From NCBI GenBank assembly GCA_032128875.1, contig JAVLKG010000001.1, forward strand, positions 160,001-224,000: 64,000 bases of DNA, in the 5' to 3' direction. The translations under genes and the position numbers were made by a program. Shown piece by piece: positions 29,518 through 37,025 of this stretch (positions are counted from its first letter, which is position 1; each line of letters begins with the position of its first letter). The DNA is from Candidatus Melainabacteria bacterium 17Bon1m (lineage in GTDB: Bacteria; Cyanobacteriota; Vampirovibrionia; Obscuribacterales; Obscuribacteraceae). The notes under the pieces are model-generated. The model was not told where the DNA came from. It was given only the letters and a program-made list of their open reading frames with translations, and made no database searches.

Positions 29518-30072
29518 CTATCCAACTCTGAGAGGACCAGTTTCTCTTTCTGTTGTTCTGATTTTTGGAATATGATGTTCCAGATTTACCGCTGTGTTTC
29601 TTAGCGGATTTAGTTCAGCGATTGTGGTAGGCGAGATTGTTTTTGCGGTTGTTTCGAATTTGGGAACGAGAGTTTTTGCCGTACCGCCAGCGCTGTCGAA
29701 GAAACTAATTCCGTTCTTTGCCAGGTGCTTCATGCCACATCTAACAAAGAATGCCGCTGCTGCAATTTCAAGTCCAATAACTAGAACGCCGGGAACGCCT
29801 TCATCCTTTTTGTCTGTGGTGCTCGCTAAATTTGCTTGTTCTGCGCCGGGTTGTACCCTTGCCTCGTCCTGATGATGAGCATTTGTCCCGACTGCAGTAA
29901 TACTGCTTTCGGCTGCACCACCTGGGGAGTGCGTGACGCCTTGAGGCATGCGATAGCGATCCCATTGATCTACGCCAGATACTTGTTCATTCGTATCGAA
30001 AAGACTTTGTTCAGCGAGTTGACCACGAATAGCCGCGGAAAGGCTCGCTCCCAAAAATTGACTCTCATTCAT
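29518..30072 (-). CDS. Hypothetical protein with one central hydrophobic segment
   Basis: 184-aa ORF with a low-complexity N-terminus and GVLVIGLEIAAAAFFV. Confidence 0.6.
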   Translation of the reverse strand: MNESQFLGASLSAAIRGQLAEQSLFDTNEQVSGVDQWDRYRMPQGVTHSPGGAAESSITAVGTNAHHQDEARVQPGAEQANLASTTDKKDEGVPGVLVIGLEIAAAAFFVRCGMKHLAKNGISFFDSAGGTAKTLVPKFETTAKTISPTTIAELNPLRNTAVNLEHHIPKIRTTERETGPLRVG

Positions 30073-30486
30073 AAGCCAATTCCTTTAAGGAAGTGAGTTT
30101 TGCGCTTAAGCGCGTATGTGGGTTTCCGTAGGTGACTCCAGATTAATTCCACGATCTAACTAAAGTGTGACTAAAGTTAGTCATGGAATTCGTATAAATC
30201 CCACAGGCTAAGCTTCCATGGTGTTGCATATGCACTCGGTGCTTGGTTTTTGAGCTTTTTGGCAACGTTGGGCGACGTGGGATTGTTTCGACGATACTTC
30301 TGATTTTGGAAATTTGTAGGGAGCGAAAAATTCTATTTCTTTCATTGGAAAAACACTTTGGTGCGGGTTTTTCGAATGATATTGACTAAGGCGTGCAACT
30401 GGCGTGCAAATCCTGAAACACAATGCTGTGACAACTTCTGGGCTGTTTTTAGTTCGCGCAGGTTAGTGCCCGTGCGAGCCCAGATT

Positions 30487-31554
30487 TTAATGATTCGCTA
30501 TGGTGTCCTGCGTTCCCTCGTCAGTTGCAAGTTTGCTATTTAATAGCGCTCGAATTTGTTGAACCGCTTTGTTTGCGGCAATTTCTCCAGCCTTCATTGC
30601 ACGTACTGCATCCTCCGTTTTTTTTGAATACAGCGGCATTTGTGCAAGCGTTGGATGAATTTCCACGTCCGCATAATCGGTGTGATGTCCATCTAATTCG
30701 GACAGCATAATGCTGAGAACTCGATTTCCGTATGGTGTTGCGCGAGTGAGCTGCGCTGGAGTGAGAACCTCTAGCTTTTCATCAACATTAACTGCGATCA
30801 CTATATCTGCGCGACTTTGTCTTGCTTGTAGCGTTGGCACATTTGCTCGAAGTGCGCCGTCGACGAGGAATTTGCCTTCGATGACGATTGGTTTTACATA
30901 AAAAGGAATAGCGGAGCTTGCTTGAAGTGCTCTGCCGAGATTTCCGTATTCGAGGGTAATCGGTTTGCCGTCGAGCAGATTAGTAGCGACTGCTACAAAC
31001 GGGATTTCACTATGTTCGATTTCACGCCTGTAAGGCGAAACATGTTTGTTGACATACGATGCGACATTGTTGCTCGAATGTAGTCCGACGAGATTGGTTC
31101 GCAAACCCAAGGCAACTTTTGCCGAGCGTATAAACATTGAGGATGGAATTGTCATCAATTTCAAAGTGTCGGGAGTCGGTGTGAAAGCTTTGAAAAGTGA
31201 TCGGTCGCGAAACATTTGTTCGATTGCTTCGAGTGGAACTCCGGCTGCGTACATACCGCCAACGACAGCTCCCATACTGCTGCCTGCTATAAAATCAATT
31301 GGCAGATTCTCGCGCTCAAAAACCTTCAGCACTCCAATATGCGCGGCTCCCCTCACGCCGCCACCGCCTAATGCCAGCGCGATGGTGGGTCGAGTCTTTC
31401 TTGCTGACACTGCAGGCAGTGGCGTCGAGGGAGCATATACCGACGCGGTCGGTAGGTATGCAATTTCATTTGCCGCATGAAGCGGAGTGGTAAAAGTAAA
31501 AAATCCTAAGAGCGATAATGCTGTCGCAAGATGGTTTTTCCATGGTTTAAACAT
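30487..31554 (-). CDS. Exported patatin-like phospholipase (NTE/RssA family)
   Basis: LGGGGVRG, GSSMG, ASSAIP, DGA, and a signal peptide. Confidence 0.92.
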   Translation of the reverse strand: MFKPWKNHLATALSLLGFFTFTTPLHAANEIAYLPTASVYAPSTPLPAVSARKTRPTIALALGGGGVRGAAHIGVLKVFERENLPIDFIAGSSMGAVVGGMYAAGVPLEAIEQMFRDRSLFKAFTPTPDTLKLMTIPSSMFIRSAKVALGLRTNLVGLHSSNNVASYVNKHVSPYRREIEHSEIPFVAVATNLLDGKPITLEYGNLGRALQASSAIPFYVKPIVIEGKFLVDGALRANVPTLQARQSRADIVIAVNVDEKLEVLTPAQLTRATPYGNRVLSIMLSELDGHHTDYADVEIHPTLAQMPLYSKKTEDAVRAMKAGEIAANKAVQQIRALLNSKLATDEGTQDTIANH

Positions 31555-31686
31555 CGTCCTATCCTCTCTTCCTCTTTCAGAGGTCTCAATCGGACCAGCC
31601 AGGAGAGAGCCGGGGTGCTCTCTCTGCTGGAAGCCGACCGGGAGAACTGGAAGAACTGCAAACTATCCAATCTCTCCAAGAAGAAA

Positions 31687-31998
31687 CTACTTGGTTAGAG
31701 ACAAGAGAGCTTCTTTGACTTGATCTTTGAAGGAATCGCACTTTTGCTTACCCTCGATCATGTACGCCCACTTTTGTTGATTGGCGTTTGCAACTAATTT
31801 GGCCAGTGCGTCCAGTTTTGCACCGGAGTTCTTCTCAATTTCCTGTTTGATTTTGTCTTTCAGGACCTCTTTCCAAGCTTCGTCTGCCAGGCAAAGCAAT
31901 TTTTCAGGTGCGTTGCAGCATTCGCTGTCGCCGCTGTGATGCGCTGCTGTTTCCGAACAAGCTCCAGAACCTTGGGTTTGGTCGCATGAACTACTCAT
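31687..31998 (-). CDS. Small Cys/His-rich hypothetical protein
   Basis: GAGGAG SD; Cys/His-rich N-terminus (CDQ...ACS...HHSGDSECC) then a helical domain. Confidence 0.75.
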   Translation of the reverse strand: MSSSCDQTQGSGACSETAAHHSGDSECCNAPEKLLCLADEAWKEVLKDKIKQEIEKNSGAKLDALAKLVANANQQKWAYMIEGKQKCDSFKDQVKEALLSLTK

Positions 31999-32035
31999 TT
32001 AATACTCCTCTATTAATACGAACGGACTTAGTAGA

Positions 32036-32219
32036 TAGGACCGGTCTGTACTAACGATTGAATCATACCGGTCGGTCCTAATCAAGGCCCAAAATGGATA
32101 CTATTAATGGATGGGAAAAACGGGTATTGGACGTGAAACTTTACACAGGCTGGCGGTTTCCGAGCACAACCTATTGATCCGTGGCACAATTAAGATATAC
32201 TTAGGACAGAACGGTTCTA
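32036..32219. promoter_or_regulatory. Three 18-bp TetR operator palindromes
   Basis: TAGGACCGGTCTGTACTA (32036), TCATACCGGTCGGTCCTA (32063), TAGGACAGAACGGTTCTA (32202). Consensus approximately TAGGACCGNNCGGTNCTA. Confidence 0.75.
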
Positions 32220-32228
32220 GAGTTGGTT

Positions 32229-32828
32229 ATGCCCACAACTACAGACGCCACAAGTGGAAGCCGCCAAAAGCTCATCGAAGCAACGATTGAGCTGATGTCT
32301 TCGCGTGGGTTTGAAGCTATGGGCATTAACAGTATTCTTGAAGCCGCCGGTGTCAGCAAAAGTAATTTTTACTATCACTTCAAGTCAAAAGAAGATCTCT
32401 GTCTTGCAGCGCTGGATGCGATGACAGAACATTTCTTTTCTATGTCTGATCCTGTTCTTTTGAACAAATCACTCAGTCCGCGCAAGAGACTGGAGAAGTT
32501 CTTGAAAGGGATGGCAGAAATGATTGAGTCGGAATGCTGCAACAAGGGTTGCCCGTTCGTCAATTTAGCTACAGAGACAAGCGACTTTATCCCTGCATTC
32601 CGCGAGCGAATTTCGCAGTATTTCGATCGCTATCAGCAGCAGTTGGCGGAAGTTATTCAAGATGGGGTTCAAGTCGGAGAGTTTAGATCCGATGTTTCTC
32701 CAAAACTCGCAGCGCAAGTTTTGTTGGCGAGCATGAACGGCACTATCGTTTTGGCAAAAGTGCATAAACGCCCGCAAGTGATGAAGGAAAACATCAAATC
32801 TTTCTTGTCGATGCTGGCGGGGCCCTAG
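32229..32828 (+). CDS. TetR/AcrR family regulator (NemR-like, Cys-containing)
   Basis: AGVSKSNFYYHFKSKEDL HTH; CCNKGCPFVNL motif. Confidence 0.93.
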   Translation: MPTTTDATSGSRQKLIEATIELMSSRGFEAMGINSILEAAGVSKSNFYYHFKSKEDLCLAALDAMTEHFFSMSDPVLLNKSLSPRKRLEKFLKGMAEMIESECCNKGCPFVNLATETSDFIPAFRERISQYFDRYQQQLAEVIQDGVQVGEFRSDVSPKLAAQVLLASMNGTIVLAKVHKRPQVMKENIKSFLSMLAGP

Positions 32829-32834
32829 CAAAAG

Positions 32835-33296
32835 TCATCGAAGTCCTAAAGATTGAAAGAGCCTCAGTTCTTCGCTTTGGCTCCAATCCCTGCTTCGCTT
32901 AATGGCTTCGTTTAGTTTGCTTGTAAAAAATTCAAAGTTGCTTTCTGTTTGCAACGCGCAAGCCACTTCGCCAATGTTACTTCGAACCTTTCTGCTTAGT
33001 TCAATCAAACCAAGTAGCTCAAAGCCGTACTCCATGTAATTCCAAATTTCCGAGGAGGGATTCACCGTTTGGTTATTTTGGAAAAGCAGCGTCACAACGT
33101 TTGCCAGAGTCGTCACGCCCATCATCAAATACTGCGGATTCATACCGAAGTGAGTGCGCGCGAGTACCTTACCGTCTTCGCATGTGAGTGCGTGCCTGGC
33201 CAATCCCATATTGACCTCGGAGAGCGTTTGATCCATATCGCGGAAAAACGAGAACATCAGTTTTTCCGGATGACGCACGGTTATTTTTTTCGTCAT
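32835..33296 (-). CDS. Hypothetical protein
   Basis: ATG 33296 follows GGAGG; no recognised domain. Confidence 0.6.
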   Translation of the reverse strand: MTKKITVRHPEKLMFSFFRDMDQTLSEVNMGLARHALTCEDGKVLARTHFGMNPQYLMMGVTTLANVVTLLFQNNQTVNPSSEIWNYMEYGFELLGLIELSRKVRSNIGEVACALQTESNFEFFTSKLNEAIKRSRDWSQSEELRLFQSLGLR

Positions 33297-33328
33297 AGCT
33301 CTATCCTCCAAAAAGGGTTCTAAGAGCT

Positions 33329-33357
33329 AGTACGGAAGTTTCGAACAAAAAGTTCAA
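33329..33357 (-). promoter_or_regulatory. ECF-sigma-like promoter (copy 2)
   Basis: Minus strand TTGAAC-TTTTTGTTCGAAACTTC-CGTACT. Confidence 0.6.
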
Positions 33358-33506
33358 AGCGTTCAGATTAAATCGGAAAAGCGCCAAATGATGCATTCTT
33401 GACATGCCTGCGCGTTGTGGCGAATTGAAATGTGCGCATCTATCTTTTAAGATGCAGGTCGCAAGAACTCGGTCGAAGCATCTAACTTCGATAGGAATCC
33501 ATTTTC

Positions 33507-34745
33507 GTGACAGTTGCAGACAAGCATGTAGAGGCGAACGAGATCTTCTTTGAAGAAGGTTTTGCAAGACTGCGCGCGGGCGAAATGGAAGAAAGCACCG
33601 GCAAACTGCTCATGGATTTGATGGAAGTGAAGGCGGACAAAGCGCTTCTTCCATATGCGCGCAAGTGGATAAAGTTGTTTCCGCGAGTTGAGAGTGCGCC
33701 ACGGCTGGTCGGCAAATGGTTGCAGTTATTTGAGAGCAACGACGCAATGTATATGGCGACTTCCTATGTGAAAACATATCCCGACGTGAATGCGCTGATT
33801 TTGATTATTCGCGCAGTTGCGGTCATTCAAAAGGTGCCTGCGAAACTTTTAGATGCAATAGAAAAGCGCTTTGCCGCAGAGCCTAACAGTCATATTTGGA
33901 GCAAACTTCAAGGTCCGGTCAATCCAAAAGAAGAGTTTGACAGCCTTATTCTTCGATGGCTTGAAATCAATAGATATAATTCGCTCGATGCATTAGAAGT
34001 TGCATGGGTAGGATTATTCTCCAGATCTAGCGCGGTTCTCAACGAAGTCCTTCGTTGGATCGAGGTCAATCAAGACAAGACGCCAGATATTTGGATTGTT
34101 TTCGTCAACATGCTGAGAGGCTCATCAGAACTTCACCGGCAGCTAGCTCCACGAGTCGCGCTAACAGCAAGTCAGTGGGTGGAAAGAAATCCAGAATATC
34201 GGCATGCTGGCAGGATTTATTACGACGTGCTAGTCGAGATGCTAAGCAAGGATGAAGTTGAGAAGGCGAAAGAATGGTTTTTGAAACATACAGATTCCGA
34301 AAGCGCACACATGACGCTTGCCGGCATACTTCGAACAACTTTTTTACTCGGCGAAAAAATTGAACCTGATTTTGTTCGATGCGCTAAAGAAATTTTGGCA
34401 GCACAGACTCCAAAGGACAGAGCAAACGTCTTAGTCGGTTCGCTTTTAGAAATTTCCCCAGATGCAGAAACTATCAAGTTTGCAAAAGAGCAATTGAGTG
34501 ATCATTATCATCCGACGTGGCTTCATGCTGTCTTGCTGCGTGTTGCACCAGATAATGAGCTGATATCAAAGACACTCGAAATTTACTCAAAGCCTTACAG
34601 TGGATCACCTGAAGTCATCATTGAATTGCTGAAGATTGATGGACAGAGTGTGGTCGCCAGAAAAGCAGCACAAAAGTGGATTGATCAAAATCCAGAGACG
34701 GAGCAAGCGAAGCAATTGCAATCGTTGTTGAGTGTTAGCGCGTAG
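33507..34745 (+). CDS. Alpha-solenoid protein with recurring Trp motif
   Basis: Repeated units such as ARKWIKLFP, ILRWLEINR, VLRWIEVNQ, ASQWVERNP, AKEWFLKHT, AQKWIDQNP. Confidence 0.7.
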   Translation: MTVADKHVEANEIFFEEGFARLRAGEMEESTGKLLMDLMEVKADKALLPYARKWIKLFPRVESAPRLVGKWLQLFESNDAMYMATSYVKTYPDVNALILIIRAVAVIQKVPAKLLDAIEKRFAAEPNSHIWSKLQGPVNPKEEFDSLILRWLEINRYNSLDALEVAWVGLFSRSSAVLNEVLRWIEVNQDKTPDIWIVFVNMLRGSSELHRQLAPRVALTASQWVERNPEYRHAGRIYYDVLVEMLSKDEVEKAKEWFLKHTDSESAHMTLAGILRTTFLLGEKIEPDFVRCAKEILAAQTPKDRANVLVGSLLEISPDAETIKFAKEQLSDHYHPTWLHAVLLRVAPDNELISKTLEIYSKPYSGSPEVIIELLKIDGQSVVARKAAQKWIDQNPETEQAKQLQSLLSVSA

Positions 34746-34870
34746 CCTTGGGCGATTTGTTCGTGTCTGTGAGTAGCTGCATTAAACCTCACCCGAGGGA
34801 CTGTGGCAGCAGCTCGCCAGGCATGAGAAAATAGCCCCTGCTTGCAATTCCCGTCGAAAAAGGGGTCCCA

Positions 34871-37012
34871 ATGAACAGAAGATCGTTCCTTAAGGGCAGT
34901 GCCGCTGTTGTCATGCTGAGTGGAGGATTCGCTATGAGTTTGACGAAGTCTTTAGCCGAAACAGTCACCCTGGGACCACTCCTCGATACCTGGACAGGCG
35001 ACCACAATGGTTTTCCGAAGTTTGACCTCGTCAAGATAACTGACTTTAAGCCTTCGATTCTGAAGGGCATGGATCTCAAGCGCGAACAGATTAAAGAGAT
35101 AACGAGCCAAAACGATGCGCCGACTTTCGACAATACGATTGTTGCTCTCGAAGATGCAGGACGTCCGCTTAGCAACTCTATTCGATTCTTCAGCATCTAC
35201 ACGTCGACGATGAACGACAAGCCCATGCAAGCAATCGAGACAGAAATGACTCCGCTGTTCGCGAAGTTCGATGACGAGATCATTCAGAATGACGCTCTCT
35301 TCAAGCGCATCAAAACCGTCTATGAAGCGCGTGAAAACGCTGGTTTGACCAACGAGCAAAAGCGGCTTGTTGAGGTGTACTACAAGATGTTTACCCGTCA
35401 GGGTGCGGGTCTAGATGCAGATAAGAAGAAGCGCTTGCGTGAAATAAACGAGAAGCTCGCGAGCATCTTCACAAGTTTCCGCCACAACCAATTGGCTGAC
35501 GAAGAGAAGTACACCCTTGTGCTCGAGAAAGAAGACGATCTCGCAGGGCTCTCGGATAGCCTGCGCGAGGCAGCCGCTGCGTCAGCCGAGTCTCACAAAT
35601 TGAAGGGCAAATGGGTAATTACAAATACGCGCTCTTCGATGGAACCATTCCTCACGTTCTCCACTCGACGCGATTTGCGCGAGAAGGGATGGCGCATGTG
35701 GACTCGCCGTGGTGACAATAATGATGCTAACGACAATAAAAAGAACATTGGCGAAATTTTGAAGCTGCGTACGGAGCGCGCTCGCATTCTCGGCTTCAAT
35801 ACACATGCTGATTGGAGTCTGGATGATTGCATGGCAAAAACGCCCGACAATGCGATGAAACTCATGATGCGCGTTTGGGCCGCAAGCACCAATCGCGTGA
35901 AAGAAGAAGTCGCAGATATGCAAAAGATTGCCGATGCTGAAGGTGCGAAGATTACGATCGAACCATGGGATTATCGCTTCTATGCAGAGAAGGTTCGCAA
36001 AGCGAAATACGATATTGATCAAAATGAAGTGAAACAGTATTTGCAGTTGGACAAAATCCGCGAAGGAATGTTCTGGGCTGCAAAGCAGGTTTATGGATTG
36101 GACATGGTGAAGGTTGATGGACTGCCGGTTGTGCATCCTGACGTCACTGTGTACGAAGTTCAACGCGATGGTAAGCAAATCGGTCTTTGGTACTTCGATC
36201 CTTATGCTCGTGATGGTAAAAACTCCGGAGCTTGGATGAGCGAATATCGCACCCAAGAGAAATTCAAAGACAACATCACGCCGATTGTTTCTAACAACTG
36301 CAACTACATGAAGGGCAAAGCCGGTGAGCCGACTCTCATTTCATGGGACGATGCCAACACGCTTTTCCACGAGTTCGGTCATGCATTGCATGGATTGCAG
36401 TCCAACGTGAACTACCCATCGTTAGCAGGCACCAGCGTTAAACGCGACTTTGTAGAATTCCCAAGTCAAGTCAATGAACGTTGGTTGTTGACGCGTGAAG
36501 TTCTTAGCAAATTCGCCTTGCATTGCAAGACTGGTAAACCGATTCCTGAAGAGTTAATTGCTAAGATTGAGAAGGCAAAAACCTTCAACCAAGGTTTTTC
36601 CACAACAGAGTATTTGGCTTCAGCGATTTACGACATGAAGATCCACCTGGCCGCTACGCCCGATAAAACTATCGAGCCTGATGAATTTGAAAAGGTCACC
36701 ATGACCGAGATTGGCTGTCCGAAAGAAATCGTCATGCGTCATCGCCCGACCGCTTTCGGTCACATCTTCTCCGATGACGGATACGCTTCCGGATATTACT
36801 CATATATCTGGGCTGACACAATGTCGGCAGATGCATCGGAAGCATTCATCGAAGCTGGCAGCTTCTACGACCGCAAGACGTGCGACCGATTCAGAGACAC
36901 CATATTTAGTGTCGGTAATTCGGTTGCTCCTGACGTTGCTTTCCGCAATTTCCGCGGACGTGATGTTGACACCAATGCTCTGATGAGAGACAGAGGATTT
37001 CCTGTTAGCTAA
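34871..37012 (+). CDS. dcp: Tat-exported M3 family metallopeptidase (peptidyl-dipeptidase Dcp-like)
   Basis: Tat motif NRRSFLK; GAWM, FHEFGHALH, DFVEFPSQ, YASGYYSYIW. Confidence 0.92.
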   Translation: MNRRSFLKGSAAVVMLSGGFAMSLTKSLAETVTLGPLLDTWTGDHNGFPKFDLVKITDFKPSILKGMDLKREQIKEITSQNDAPTFDNTIVALEDAGRPLSNSIRFFSIYTSTMNDKPMQAIETEMTPLFAKFDDEIIQNDALFKRIKTVYEARENAGLTNEQKRLVEVYYKMFTRQGAGLDADKKKRLREINEKLASIFTSFRHNQLADEEKYTLVLEKEDDLAGLSDSLREAAAASAESHKLKGKWVITNTRSSMEPFLTFSTRRDLREKGWRMWTRRGDNNDANDNKKNIGEILKLRTERARILGFNTHADWSLDDCMAKTPDNAMKLMMRVWAASTNRVKEEVADMQKIADAEGAKITIEPWDYRFYAEKVRKAKYDIDQNEVKQYLQLDKIREGMFWAAKQVYGLDMVKVDGLPVVHPDVTVYEVQRDGKQIGLWYFDPYARDGKNSGAWMSEYRTQEKFKDNITPIVSNNCNYMKGKAGEPTLISWDDANTLFHEFGHALHGLQSNVNYPSLAGTSVKRDFVEFPSQVNERWLLTREVLSKFALHCKTGKPIPEELIAKIEKAKTFNQGFSTTEYLASAIYDMKIHLAATPDKTIEPDEFEKVTMTEIGCPKEIVMRHRPTAFGHIFSDDGYASGYYSYIWADTMSADASEAFIEAGSFYDRKTCDRFRDTIFSVGNSVAPDVAFRNFRGRDVDTNALMRDRGFPVS

Positions 37013-37025
37013 TTGGGGCAACTAA

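Noticed and set aside
31590-31637. Long intercistronic hairpin before the patatin gene as a riboswitch
   Set aside because: Single stem with no recognisable aptamer or U-tract; more likely a processing or stability stem.
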